A stretch of 64,000 bases of DNA. Origin: Octopus vulgaris (lineage: Eukaryota). Of the stretch, positions 41,180 through 55,918 are shown in pieces. The stretch lies in assembly GCA_951406725.2 (NCBI GenBank), contig OX597815.1, positions 111,538,001 through 111,602,000 of the forward strand, written 5' to 3'. Every line of letters begins with the position of its first letter. Position 1 is the stretch's first letter. Below the pieces are notes generated by a model, which made no database searches, was not told the origin of the DNA, and worked only from the letters and a program-made list of their open reading frames with translations. Both the position numbers and the translations under genes were made by a program.

Positions 41180-41182
<3 letters not shown>
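41045..41182 (-). mobile_element. SINE family A 3' portion
   Basis: ctgtttcagtcatttgac..catgctggagcaccgccttt..cttattctatcggtctc. Confidence 0.7.
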
Positions 41183-41221
<39 letters not shown>

Positions 41222-41309
41222 CATGCATAAATATACATACTTACATAAATCTACATACATACATACGTCCATACATATATACATACATACATACATACAT
41301 ACTACATAC

Positions 41310-42990
41310 ATTTATATGTGCTGATATTGTCGAATCTCAGTATATAATCTCGTATATAACCACCACTGCTTCAGACATCATAGCAACAATAAATGAGATC
41401 AAATACTATTTTCCTACACGCCCTGATAGATTCATCGATTGTCTCCGGAAGGAATGTAGATACCAATTCGCAATTAGTCTGACTAACCTCTGGAGAAATT
41501 CTTTAGACTCAGGTTTGATACCGAAACAACTCTTATTCCAGTCTGTCACCCAGGTTTTCAAATACGGGAACAGATCCCGCGCAGTCAAATCTCGTCCAAT
41601 CTCACTCATTTCCCATATCATCAAAGTGCTTGAAAGGGTGGTGAGATCAATAATAACTGGTTTCTTGGGGAGCCACAACCTTCTAAATTCAAACCAGCAT
41701 GGATTTCGCTGCGGCAGAAATTGTCTAACATCAATAATGTCCTTAAAGCCTTAGGGACAGTTTCGAACTCTGATATCATATATCTTGACGTCAGTGAAGC
41801 ATTCGACAGAGTCGACCACAGTATATTACTGTCAAAATTGTCAAACATTGGAATTCATGGAAACTACTACACAGGATTGAGTATTTCCTGGGCAACAGAA
41901 CACATCTTAAGATCTGTGAAATCAACTCAAGCCGAGCAAACGTCGCCTGTGGTGTCCCCAGGGGTCTGTCTTGGGCCTGCTTCTGTTTATAGTCTTTTTA
42001 AACAGCATTTTAAGCTTTATCAAACACAGCAAATGAAAACATTAGCCGGTGACTCCAAGCTCTAGAAAATTATCAACGGAGAAGACCAAACTGAACTCCA
42101 GTCTGATCTAGATGCTGTAAGTCAACCGGTAGACAAAAACGAAATGTGAGTAAACGAGGGAAAATTTGAACTGATACATCATGGAAAAAAGACTATGCAA
42201 ACAATCATATTCTCTTCCCTCAGGGGAACGATTCACAGCGTCAACTAATATCAGAGACCTAGGAGTAATTGTTGAAAATAATCTTAGCTGGGGTGCACAC
42301 ATCAACAATATGGTCGATATAACTCATAGGATGTGCTCCGGGGTCATAAGAACCTTCCTGTTGAGAGAACAAGGTGTCATCATTCCTCTTTTCTCCGATT
42401 TTGTACAGCCACACCTCGAATACTCCTGCCCCATGTGGTCTCTCTTCACAAAACAAAGCATTTCGAAAACTGAATCACCCCAGAAGGAATTTACTAAAAA
42501 ATTTAAAGGCATGAACGATCTTGATTATTTAGACCACGTTAATGAATTGAAACTCTATTCTCTCCAACCCCGCTGTGAGCGATATATCATTTACATGATG
42601 TGGGGAATATACTACCAGCATTGCCCAAACGAACTCACAATTAGTTTCAGAATTCATCCAAGGTGAGATCCCCTACCGAATTCAGGATCATAATACATAA
42701 ATAGACTGCAACACAATCTCTTTTCTTTAACATGCCCTGTCCTATTTAGCAGTGTCCCAAAACAGACCAAAGAGGAAAAGGATCCCATCACCTATAAAGG
42801 CAATCTGAATAAATTTCTTCAAGGGATACCAGATAAGCCACTTGGGTACAGCTCACTCGACAATAACTCCCTACTCAAATGGAACTAGGAAACCACAAAC
42901 TTAACATAAAAATGAATTAGCAAATCCTATCAGGTTGTGCTACTAAGATAGACATGGCTTGGACCTATCTATAGCCGAAACATGTCTAAA
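41310..42990 (+). mobile_element. Decayed, 5'-truncated CR1/L2-like LINE (RT and 3' end)
   Basis: RPISLISHIIKVLER, NQHGFR.GRNCL, IYLDVSEAFDRVDH, RDLGVIV, PHLEYSCP.WS, LKLYSL; many frameshifts; (ATGT)n tail. Confidence 0.88.
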
Positions 42991-43080
42991 TTTGCATGTA
43001 TGTATGTATGTATGTATGTATGTATGTATGTATGTATGTATGTATGTATGTATGTATAAGAAAACTAGAAGTTTTCGCTT

Positions 43081-43860
43081 AGAATAGCTGAAATAATATT
43101 TTTAATAAAATATTTGAAGCTTTAACCGGTTTAACAGATTACACTGATTTTCAAAACGGTCAAATAGAAAGACGTGCCTTATGTTGCAGCTGTCTTGCTT
43201 CTACTAGTATTTGAAGTTTGCCCTGTTATTATAGGCTGTTCATGGCTGAAATTAGTATACGTTTTGGATAGGATTTGATCGGTAGAGGATAGTCGTATGA
43301 TTAGTATTAAACACTTTTGTAGGTTCACCGCTACGACCGTGTGCTAGTATCAAGTGACAATGTTTGACGTAGTAAGTTAAGGCTGAACAATTGCAAGCAA
43401 CCAATGCTCTGAATGTTTTCTGTCATGTGATATTAACGCACGGACGTAACGGGTAACGTAGAAAAGGTTATAAACTTAATCATGTCTTCATTCTCTACAA
43501 AGACTTGACAGAAGATATTCAGAGCATTGATCGTTGGGAATTGTTCAGTCAATTGTGCCAGTCTTAACTTACGATACCAAACATTGTCACTTGATACTAT
43601 CATACGGATGTAGCAGGGAACCTACAAAAATTTCGGAGACCAGTCATGTGTGTATCCTCTACCAATTAAATCTTATTCAAAACATACAAATTTGAGCCAT
43701 GAACTCCCTATAAAAACAGAGCAAACTTCAAACTCTAGTCAGAAGCAAGACAGTTGCGACATAAGCCACATCTTTCTATTTGAACTTGTTGAAAATCAGT
43801 GTAAATAATGAAACGGGTTAAAGCTTCAAATACATCAATTAAACATATTTTAACTATTCT
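43081..43860. repeat. Long diverged palindrome, about 350-bp arms (43081-43425 / 43506-43860)
   Basis: tatttgaagctttaacc/ggttaaagcttcaaata, ttacactgattttcaa/ttgaaaatcagtgtaa, tagtatcaagtgacaatgtttg/caaacattgtcacttgatacta, caatgctctgaat/attcagagcattg. Confidence 0.88.
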
Positions 43861-43923
43861 CAGTGCAGTTTCAAACTTCTATTCTTCCTATATTCCTACC
43901 TGTGTGGAATAAAAAAAATTGTT

Positions 43924-43961
<38 letters not shown>

Positions 43962-44321
43962 TCTAATTTATTCGCCATCACTTATCAAACCAGATGCGTA
44001 TATCTCTAAGTAAGTTACGTTACAATCTCCTTACACTCATCACCTGCTCATTTGCATGTCCGGACTTCTGTATTAATCCCAACGTTAACTGTTTCTGATT
44101 GACTCTATGTTAATACCTTTAAGTATGTTTTTTTTTATACATATGGCATATCAAAACAGAGCTGAAGGAAAATTGCAGTAGTTGTAAGAGATCCAACAGT
44201 GTATAAGTGTTCTAAAGTTGTAAATATGCGTCAATTCCAATTTATCAATGTTTTAGAAACGTTTTAGATTCCCAATATGAATATGTGTGTGCGTGTTCAT
44301 GTACATGCGTGATATATATGT

Positions 44322-44365
<44 letters not shown>

Positions 44366-45280
44366 CCTCTCACAGATATACATACATACATAAATACATA
44401 CATACATATATATATATATGCATGGTATTCCATGGATTGTTTCTTTGTTTTAATATGTATATTTTTTTATATACCGTTTATTTGGATTTAGCATACATCA
44501 TCTGGACTTGTTCTGAACTTCTTGTTTAATGAAGTTTTCTTTTGTTTATTATCCATACATTTCTCAAAATATTACACAGAAAAAACGACAATCATTTAAC
44601 TCTCTACTTTTCTAAATTTCCATATATCACAAAGGAAAAATGACGAACTTAAATGTAATATGTTGTTGAGAAAGAGCATAACAATACTAAAATTTTTAAA
44701 GTCACTACGTCTGAAAGAGAGGAACGGGCCTGTTGTAGATTACTAATTCGAAATTACATATTTCAAAAATAACGACATAACGAGAAAATAATACAACACT
44801 CAATATTGTGGCGTCATGATGTTACATCAATCTTCAAAAGGTTGATAAACTTTCAAAAGAAAAGCTAATGCAATAAAACATGAATGTGCTGAGCAAGTAA
44901 CATACTAGAAAGTTGGAGTCTTTCATATATTACAAGGATACTTCATAAGAAAGTAAAAAATTTTCAGAACCTGCTCTAAAGCAACCACAGACGTGTGTAG
45001 AGACAGATCAAAGCGCAAGGAAATTTATGAAGTTTGAGAACTAAAAACCAGTATATATTGATGTTAGAAATATAGATGCTAAATACTAAGTAGTGCAGTG
45101 ACGTAATTAAGGAAAATTTGTATTGTTGTTCGGGAGATGTGGCAATAACAGCAAATTCCGTTCTGGATAAATAGCGCATGTGTTTACGCTTAGCTTTAAA
45201 CGTTTCAGTCCAAATATATTATAAAGATGAGTGCATGTGATTGTATGTGTGTGTGCGCGAGCAAGTGAGTGTGTGCGTGG

Positions 45281-45332
<52 letters not shown>

Positions 45333-46889
45333 ATGTTTGCGTGCATGTATATGCAGTCGTGTATATTCCTCTTTAATACTCATGCTCACGAAACTTGCTT
45401 TAGAATCAACTTACACACTCCTTGTGAAATATTCACTTTGTGAATAGAGATCTCAGAAACGTCACCCATCATCCAATAGATTTTAAATATCTTGTCTCCT
45501 TCAACAGAAAAGATTAGAGAAAACCAATACTCCTGCTTATACTTGTCAATAATATGTGTAATGAACTAGTTTATACGTATCACTATCACAGAGAAATTCG
45601 CAACCAATAATACTGGAGGCGCAGCAGAAATGATAGTCTTCTCAATTTCTAATATTTAACATGCATGATCCTAGTGCATTAATAATCTTCAAAGCCCACG
45701 ACTAAATTACTTACCTTCTAAACGCTAAGTTATAATGAATCTGTGCTACATTGTTTGTAAGCCTTTTAAGCCTTTTAACATAATAACATTGTTTGTAAGC
45801 CTTTTAACATAATAAACGAATTATATCGCCACTAGCTTTAATGTGAAGAAGAGATATTCCAATTAGAAAAAAAGCAGGTATGACAGATAATCCTCCAAGT
45901 AGAAGGAGACTGCATTGATGGAGTAAATAAAGATGGAGTTAAAAAAAGAATACTTCAAAATAGTATAAGAATCAAGAATGCTTAGTTTTTCAGATGAATA
46001 TATAAACACGAGATATCGTACAATACCAAATTTATTTATTCAAAGTAGCGTTTGAATATAAAAAAGAACGTCTTACTATATATCTAAATTTAAGAAAAGT
46101 ATATTTGTCGGACATAAATGTATGCATATTTAAGCTAGAAGAGAAAAGTTTTAGAATATATTCGTTCACAATTTGCTAATCGCGACAACAGTGGGTACAT
46201 GACTGATTTTCATTACAAAACCTCACTGATAAATATTTGCGAATCAGAATGTGAATGGTATTAGCTCATATAATTTCAGTAATATGAGCAAATTCTGTGA
46301 AAACCGCAGTGGTGTGTCTGGAGAGTTAATTTATATTATCCTGTGCATATTTTAAAATGATTACACTTCGATGCTCAAAACAAGCAAAAGTTTCTTTTTA
46401 TTCGATAATATGCTGGTAAAATTAGTTTATTTTGTGTGAGGATTTGCTTGAAATTTTGTCGGATTTCCGTATGGATAACTGAAGAGAACATACATTAGAA
46501 GTTGGTACTACTTACACTTGTGCATGAAATTTAAGAACCAAAAGTTCGAAAATGAACTCTAAATTAGAAAAATGAACTTAAACGCTTCCACAGATTCTGT
46601 TTATAGAATTCTTAAGAACGATTTCGTGCACCATTTGTTTGATGGGATATAGTAATGAAATTCCTTTCCAAGACAATCTATAATGTACACAATGTTGCTG
46701 CAGGCAGTGAATTGAAACTGATGTTTTTCAACGCTTTAAAATCGAAGTGCCCCCTTTGGATTCATGCGTATTTCTTGTTGATTATCTGTTTTATATTCAG
46801 AGAACAACATTTCACGGCTCCTAAGCTTTAGTAGCCTCGACTCGCTCACATATACATATGTGCATGTATGTGTGTGTATATGTATATAT

Positions 46890-47003
<114 letters not shown>

Positions 47004-48396
47004 TGTGTTTGGGTGAGCGAGTGGATGGTAGTAAAGCTTAGGAACCGTGAAATGCGCTTCTCTAAATATAAAATAGATATATATATGTATATATATTTGC
47101 ACATACACCAACATGTAAATTCATAGACCCACCGACCACACACACACTCAATATACAGTACATACAAACACACGCACACATAATTCAGAAGGCAGCAGCG
47201 TGCTATTTCTTCGAAATTTGTGCAACACTCACTTGCGTTTACATTACACGCTACAAACAGTGATACATACAATGCTGCCGGCATTTCAAAGTTCTGTTTC
47301 ACGTCTTTATATAATACACACTCTTTTATATTCCTTAAATAAGTGTTACATTTAAATAAGATAAATTACAATTAAATTAACGAATGGGGCGAGAAACGCA
47401 GAATGAATGAATAAATCAAAATAGAAAAAAATATTAATCATCATTTAGAGTCTGACACCTGATAATAATCATAAGTATAAACAAAATTGTGAAATCAGTT
47501 TGCCACTGGTACTGCAATTATTAATGGAAGAGAGAAATGTCGTGTCTGTAGACTAGAAATGGTTATGAAGAAGGATTAAATCAAATATTTATAACTATTT
47601 AACAGAATGAAATATACGAAAAGTCAGTGCATCGTAATAATTTTCCTTGAATTAAGTTTACCTAGCGTGATTTAAATCACTATATGATCAATTTCTTTCA
47701 GTTTATTTCCCAATCTGTCCTTTAGAGTAGATAATTCTGGAATTATCTAAATTTTATTACAGGATATGTGTTTAGAGTTAAACTACTCTGACATTGCTAT
47801 CGTAATAACTGACCTACGTTCAAAACTGTCACAAATTTTACCGAATGCGAACTATTCTTGCCTAAAATACTCCATGAATAGATTCAACTTCATTTAAAAT
47901 TTTCCATTACCTCTTGCGACGATATTTTCATCATAGCGATGATCATCGTTATCTTATATTAACGACCGCGTTTTCCTAGATCTAATACTTTTGTAAATAA
48001 TATGCGTTATTTGAGATGATATTAGTGCTGTATGATCATATAATGCATAGGTGGCATATACTCCTAGTGCAAATACATGTATTTAAGTAGAAAGATTCTC
48101 AAAAACGATAGCAGAGAGAACATACTTAACATATGTTAATAAGTGACTGGTCTCGTAGACACATTGTAGTCATATGAAATATTATGTAATCCTATACAAA
48201 CGTAACACTAGCATAAGTGGAAAAGAAAGTACAACTATTTGTCTCTCTGTCTCTTTCTCTCGCCACCAATTCTCACTCTTTCTATGTGTATCTGTCTCTC
48301 TCTCTCTCTCTCGCTCTTGCTCTCTCTATCTCTATCTCTTGATTCACACAAATACAAACACATTTTCATTATCATCGATGTTCCTCCTTCCGCAGA

Positions 48397-49848
48397 GTAG
48401 GGGAAGACAAGGCAAAACGGACCCTCTATAGGAAAAGTTCAATATTGAATGGAGTGGCGTAGACACTTAGTAGATGTTTCTAGATCAATCCATCAATTTT
48501 CGCATCAATAAGCAACTCAACCTTCTGGTACTCCACGAAACAGTGGGTCGGCTATGCACTTTCTCTTGAAGATAAATGTAGGTGATCTGAAATGCCCGGT
48601 GACGCTCATTGCACATGTCACAGTTCGTCCTTTCTCAGCACTAACAATTCGTCCAATCTGCTTGACTCCCTTCAGTGAGATGAAGTTTGGAACTCTCTGC
48701 ACTGAAGACAGATCTATTTGATCTATGTTGAAAATCTGACCAGCTGTGAAATGGTGTTGCTAGTAAACTTCTATCAGAACATCAAAAAATCTGCCAACTT
48801 TTATCCTGTTGAATACTGCAGCACGACCAATACTCGTTGGCTGAGCAATGCGCAAGCACAGTGTTGGTAATGCTTTAAAAAGCAAACCAGCTAGTCAGCT
48901 ACAGCTTCCCTTATTTATTAAATTTATGGGGGACAATGTTGGTCTCAGTAACCTCAAAAGCCAACGAACGCAAACCTCTTGAAGTGAGACCATAAAACGT
49001 CCGTTGCAGGTAGACGCAGTACTCTAGCAGTTCCACATCAAAATTCTTTATTGTTGGCTGAAAATGACCTAAGGGAATCTGGCCAGGAGAAGACACCTTG
49101 CCTTCCAGGTGTCTCTTCATTGCTGTCTTGGGGACTTCACATTGCTTTGCTGTCTGGCGAAGAGAACTTCCTAGCCGGACAGATTGCATGACTGCCTATA
49201 GGTTATCTGGAGTCTAAGAGCCTCTTCCAGTTTTACGAATGTAATTTCTCCCCATCTGAAAATAATAAACAAAATGGGATGAAGAAAGTGAGATAAAACC
49301 CATGCGCGCTCACACGCACACAGACATCGACGATCACACCCCTGAACACACACCCCTGCACGTACACATGTACTTACACATGCACACACATGTGCATACA
49401 TACACAAAAACATAAACCCATACGCACACACACACACACACACACACAAATAAAATACACCCTTTTGTCCGTTTTGCTCCATTCAGATTACAGCAAAAAA
49501 TGTCTGATCTGTATCCAAACCTAATGTAAAATTCAAGGCTGTTGTTGCGTAAACATTGACATTTGAAATGTTTCAAAACATGATAGGCCATACTCACCTA
49601 AGGTATTGGTATTTATTTCATTTACATTATGTATTTGAAAGCAATACTTACATTGAAGACTTGAATTTCAGTATTTTTCTTCTTGTATAGTGAAAACTGT
49701 TGCCAGAATGAAACTTTTCGGGATTTGAGATGGAAGGGAAGTAACCTTGAATTATAAAGCGTTCACGTCGGTTAAGTCACATTTAGATGTCTAAAATGGA
49801 GCTGATTCGTTTTACACCAGTGGTTCATCTTGCTCCGGTTTTCCATAC
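48397..49848 (-). mobile_element. Decayed pogo/Fot1-like DNA transposon (HTH + CENP-B-like + DDE start) with degenerate TIRs
   Basis: SLRQTAKQCEVPKTAMKRHL, FYGLTSRGLRSLAFE, LRIAQPTSIGRAAVFN, QIFNID, KGVKQIGRIVSAEKGRTVT, PTFIFKRK; ends gtaggggaagacaaggcaaaacgg / ttcatcttgctccggttttccatac. Confidence 0.78.
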
Positions 49849-50764
49849 ACATTACTTTCTTCTCCGATTATTATATGTAAAAAAGTGTTTTGGGGTTTTA
49901 CTTTTCACCTAACATAGTCTCGGTAAAATACCCGACGTAAACGAACAAAATTGTTAGGAGGCATGTGAAACGGTTATCACATTTCCGGCAAATAGTCATT
50001 TAGCATATTTACGAATGTTGCAAGGTAGCCATCTGAGATGTAGCAGAAAAAGTGCTCACCAAGGTAATATCAACGCAATGTAAATAAGCAAACAGAGGCG
50101 AAGAGTGGGTAAGAGAATTCATATACATTATAAGCATACAGCGACGTGAACCATCATTCCTTTATGTATAAGATCGCTTGCTCCATCGACCAGAAAAGAG
50201 TATATTGAATGAAAATATAGCGCTAGCTTTTAAGATCAGGTGTAGAGACTGACGGATTTGGCTGATGCTGGGTGTGCAAATATGTTGCTAACACACTATG
50301 AAGGACTTTTCAACATCCACAGGCACACGTACGTACACACACACATCTATGTATAATACTTAATATGCATACATTGTGATATTCAAATTTACTGTGGTTT
50401 TCGTTTGGATAAGAGGCCGTGTTTTAAAACAATATATATCGGAGGAAAAATAAAATCGTCTCAGCAGCTGTAAATGAGAATGATACACACATTTCTGCCT
50501 CACTCTATTTACCAGTATATAGAAAACAATGATGAAAAATTCAATGGCATAGGGAACAGGCGCTTGGTCAAATAAAAGTCTGTTATGTGCAAGTGAGTCA
50601 GCATTAGTTTAAAATAGATATTCATGTTTCATACATCGTGATATATAAATTTACTGCCATATTCGTCACATGATAATGCCTCTTATGGACGCATTGTGTT
50701 CAAAACAATTTGTGTGAGTGTGTGAGAGAGAGAGGGGGGATATATAGAAAGGGTAATGGGTAAA

Positions 50765-51083
50765 TACATCCTTTGGTCATGGCTGACCATGGAATTGCAC
50801 CTAGAAAGTTCCCCTCCAAGGCTCAAGGCTGGGCAAGGTTTCTTATGGAAGACCAGTAGTCTTCCATGCATACAAATCTCCTTTCTCCATGCCACTGATG
50901 TTATCCAAGGCAAAGGTTGATACAGCTTGGCACTAGTGACGTCGCATCTCATTTCTACACATGAGAGAACTAGAACAGCGTGAAATAATGCGTCTTGCTT
51001 AAGAACAGAACACAGTCCAGTCCAGGAATTGAATTCAGTATCGCACGATTGTGAGCCCATCTCTATAACCACTGAGATATGCG
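50765..51083 (-). mobile_element. tRNA-derived SINE family C
   Basis: Head ctcagtggtta..gggctcacaatc..gaattcaattcc; body homologous to 61919-62178. Confidence 0.7.
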
Positions 51084-51091
51084 TGACGATG

Positions 51092-51128
<37 letters not shown>

Positions 51129-51132
51129 TTTC

Positions 51133-51600
<468 letters not shown>

Positions 51601-52059
51601 ATATTAGGAAGCATGACCTAGTGGCTACTGTGCTGCATTCACGATCGCTAGAACATGATTTCAATTCCTAGACCGAGTGGAGCGTTGTTTTTCTGACGAA
51701 AACACTTCACTTCACGCGGCTCTGCCATCCCTTGGACACATGACATGTTGTACGCCGTACACCTTTTGTGGCAACATCGTATTGATAGAGGCAGGGTGCT
51801 AATATACAGCAGATATTTAATCAATATAAACAAATAATTTGTGCAGGTTTTTCGGCAAACGCTGGACGTTCATACATTCAGTTAGAGGCTAAAATAGCCT
51901 CATCAAGGGATAGTAATGTCAAATGAGTTACTGGTTCATTCCCTAATGTTTCCTGTGAATAATAATAATATTCTTTAAATAGGTCTAAATTCAAATATTG
52001 GTGTATAACTATTCAAAAGCATATTTAGAATGTGGATATATAGCATTAATATAATTTAT

Positions 52060-52277
52060 TATTCTTTTATTCTTTTATTTGTTTTAGTTATTTAAATACG
52101 GTAATGCTGGAGCACCAACTTTGGTCGAAGCAACCTACCCCAGGACTTATTCTTTGTAAGCCTTGTGCTTATTCTATCGGGCCCTTTTGCTGTAGCGTTA
52201 AGTTATGGGGAAGTAAACTCACAAACATCATTTGTCAAGCGATGGTGGGGGGATAAACACAGACGCACAAACATATG

Positions 52278-52314
<37 letters not shown>

Positions 52315-52457
52315 GCCTACGAAATCCACACACAGGGCGTTGGTCAGTCCGAGGTTTTAGTTAAAGACACTTGCCTAAGTGCCATGCAGTGGGACTGCAC
52401 CCAGAACCACGTGATTAGTAAGGAAGCTACTTACCACACACCCACTCATCCGCCTAC
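52060..52457 (-). mobile_element. SINE family A, diverged
   Basis: Homology to 8363-8810. Confidence 0.7.
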
Positions 52458-53072
52458 TAGCGAAAATCCCAAATCTTTACTTAGAGCTGTTTCAATTTAG
52501 CCTAAACTATTACATTACAATAATTAAATCGCCGTATTAGGCATAATACAATGATTTAATTATTGTAATTTAATCTTTTAAGGTAAATTGAAACAGCTGT
52601 TAGAGAATACGTTAGATTTTTGCAGATAATAAATGATATTAATGGAATATTATAATTATATTATGGAGTATTTATATAGCTATATACACACACTATCTAC
52701 GACAAAATAATAGTTAGATATACAACTTGAACAGACACATATATCTATTCATAGACATACATCTACACGTACATACATATATACACACACGCAGACTCGT
52801 GCACACACATACGTAAACACTCACATACATAGATACATTCATGCATACATGCATACAAACATACATACACACTAACATACGTACATAATCACATATGTAA
52901 CAATTGGAATAAAAGAGTACCAATTTATACCAATGTTCTCTTCTCTTACTATATTGATATATATGAACATGTATATACTTTGATATGCATATATATAATA
53001 CCCATACAAATACACTAACACATTCGTGTTTGTGTGTGTGTGCGTATATATATATATATATATATATAATAT

Positions 53073-53185
53073 CACCGTGACCGACCAGGCTATCAGATGT
53101 TGCTACACATCACTGGTCACAATGCACTTCGCATTGTTTTAGCCTTCAAATGACGCCACCCCGCTGGCTAAGCGAGCAGGCCAAT
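53073..53185. repeat. Second (inverted) copy of the 2613-2712 repeat
   Basis: Reverse-complement match. Confidence 0.75.
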
Positions 53186-53199
53186 AATATAATATAATA

Positions 53200-54250
53200 T
53201 ATAATATAAAATGGGACAAGAACGCAAAACATCTAGACAGTTAGGTGATACAAAAGAGGCACAACAAAATATCCAGATAGACGTTACAAAGAAAACAAGG
53301 ACGGGTCATTCAAAGTTTTCTTTCCTCAGTCGAGTTCCAGGTTATCATTGCAATTTCGGCTGGTTATACTCGAAATTGCTCCAATATGGCTAGCCCAAGG
53401 AAAAACTAAGCTGAGAGCATTAGATTCCTTAGAAGAAAGCAGCATATGTCTGCGAAAACAAGGACGAAAAAACGGAGAATGTTACACAAATACGAATAAC
53501 AGGGCATAACAACAGGTGTATTTCGATTAAAGACGAATTAAAGTAAGCTGGCGTGTGTGGAAGTAAAGCTTTACAGCAGGGATACAAGATTTCACAGTCC
53601 CAGGGAGAATATAGATGTTGCACGGACGACGGCCGAACCAAAAAAGAAAGGACGGTTGGTTGTCGGATATGTGATGTTGTGTTTTTGACTATTGGGGTGA
53701 AGTATAGGAAAATTTTTTTTGGGAAATCGAGGGGTTATCTATATTAGTCACTATTTATATGAGTGAAAGGTGTGTCTTTTCCAGTGTAAACACCTGTAGG
53801 ATCTTTCGACGATTGTGTTTATTAAAGGGCCTTTGGCGAACAAAATATGAAAAAGTTCTTTTTCTATACTTCACCCCATTAGTCAAAAAGATTTTCTTAT
53901 ATTCCCAATTACTACTATCCATTCTTGCGTTGCCTCTCACCTCGCCCGATTTTTTTTCTCCCTTTCGCTATCTACTTTCCTTTCTATACAGTAAACATAA
54001 TCGAACACACAGACACAGATCTTTCATCTCACAGCTGTCAGTTTTCTGACATCTACCCATCCACAAACACAATCACGCATTCAGACACACACATACACAC
54101 ATTAAGACAGTTATATACAGTCACACACACAGGCACTCATTCACAAAAGAAATCATTTAAACCCACCATTCTTTTGACCTGCAGTCTCTCACCTTACTAT
54201 TCTTATGCCTCCCTCCTCCTACTTCGTTTGAACTCTTGAACCTTTAGAAA
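53200..54250 (-). mobile_element. Rearranged remnant of the Naiad-like PLE family of 25330-27765: EN C-terminus (minus) joined to an inverted copy of the 3' UTR
   Basis: 53755-53860 minus encodes ELFHILFAKGPLINTIVERSYRCLHWKRHTFHSY (cf. 25627-25735); 53685-53711 and 53861-53886 are inverted; 53861-54060 is reverse-complementary to 25370-25570. Confidence 0.75.
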
Positions 54251-54479
54251 CTTCTAGATTCTTCTACATTCAGCCACTCTGACGTCACTCATTATAAAGA
54301 GACACTCATTATCGCCATGGGCTCCTTGAGAGCGGTCAGCTAAAAGTTTTTTGTGCATTTTGATGTCGACATAAGTTCATGTGCTATTGTTTATATCTCT
54401 ATAGATTAGGTTGCAAATTACAGCTCTGAACTAATTGTGGTTCCTGAATTACAGGTGTTTGAACTGAGTCAAGTGTGAA

Positions 54480-55531
54480 ATGGAGCTTCTTGAGTGTCGA
54501 GCAGTGATCCGGTTTTTGTATTTGAAAGGACGCACACCACGGGAGACTTTTGATGAAATGAAAGTAACTTATGGTGATGATTCCCCATCATATGACCTTG
54601 TAAAACGCTGGCATCATGAATTCAAACATGGTCGGAACTCTGTGGAAACAGCTCCCAGATCTGGTCGCACTTCTTCTGCCATTGATGAGGCATCTGTCGG
54701 TCAAGTTGAGGCTGCCATTTTGGAAGATCGACGCATAACTATTCGCCAAATAGCCCATGAAGTCAAGATTAGTACCGGGTCTGTGGAAACCATCACTCAT
54801 GACCATTTGCATATGCAAAAGGTGTCTACCAGATGGATTCCCAGGTTTCTCACACATTTCCAGAAGCAAGAACGCGTCGAGTGCTCGAGGATGAATTTGG
54901 AGATATGCCAAGAAGATGAGTCAAAAGTTTTCAAAAGACTGATTACACAGGATAAAACCTGGGTCCATTACTATGATCCAGAGACCAAAGCCCAGTCAAT
55001 GCAGTGGCAGCACCGTGACTCACCTCCTACAAAGAAGGCAAGGGTGCAGCCCTCCACTGGCAAGGACATGCTCACAGTTTTCTGGGACCAGGACGGAGTA
55101 GTGATGACAGATTTCCTAGCAAAGCGTACCACAATTACAGGAGCCTATTATGCTTCACTTTTGAGGAAATTAAGAGAAGCTATCAAAATCAAGAGGCGGG
55201 GCAAGATCAGCAAAGGCATCCTCCTCCTGCAGGACAACGCTCCGGTCCACAACTCGCGTGTCGCCGGATCAAAAGCACAGGCGTGCGGCTATGAACTCCT
55301 CCCCCATCCCCCTACTTTCCTGATCTTGCACCCTCTGACTTTCACCTCTTCCCAGCCATGAAGTTGTTTTTGAAAGGAAAGCGTTTCCCAGATGATGCAG
55401 CCTTGACTTCTGAAGTCACGTCGTGGTTGGAGGACCAAGCTAGGGTCTTCTACAAAATCGGTCTCTAGAGCTGCACCAAAGGGTGGGAGAAATGCGTACC
55501 TCTGTGTGGTTCCTATGTAGAAGAAGCCTAA
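54480..55531 (+). pseudogene. mariner (Tc1/mariner) transposase, frameshift near 55310 and a premature stop
   Basis: RAVIRFL..G, PRSGR, WIPRFL (WVPREL), ITQDKTWVHYYDPETK, LLQDNAPVH, frameshifted HPPYFPDLAPSDFHLF, WEKC...GSYVE. Confidence 0.92.
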
Positions 55532-55581
55532 TCACCGTGCCAAGTTTCGTTGCTCTACTGCTATGGGAAGTGGGTCAGGGG

Positions 55582-55603
55582 CATTACTTATTGAACGCCC
55601 CTC

Positions 55604-55606
<3 letters not shown>
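55582..55606 (-). repeat. mariner 3' terminal inverted repeat plus TA target, running into (TA)n; 5' TIR not found
   Basis: cattacttattgaacgcccctcg|TA, i.e. TA-CGAGGGGCGTTCAATAAGTAATG on the minus strand. Confidence 0.8.
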
Positions 55607-55649
<43 letters not shown>

Positions 55650-55918
55650 GTATATATATTTCTATAAAGAAAGATAAGATCGTTAATTTAAATATCGATC
55701 TTACCAAGTGGTGAGTATGGGGAAAAAAAACTTCAAAGGTAATAATTATTATTAAAATTATTATGTAGGGTATCAAAGAGATATCACCACGCTGAAAATA
55801 GCTGTCAAAACCAGACTCTAAAACCACATTAAATGTTCATACAGCACCAGGAGAGAATAACATTCGTATTCGTATGTTATATGTATAGATATGTGTATTT
55901 ATGTTACTATCAGTGTAT

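Noticed and set aside
45750-45815. Short local tandem duplication (cattgtttgtaagccttttaa)
   Set aside because: Ordinary slippage duplication; not a CRISPR-like or functional array.
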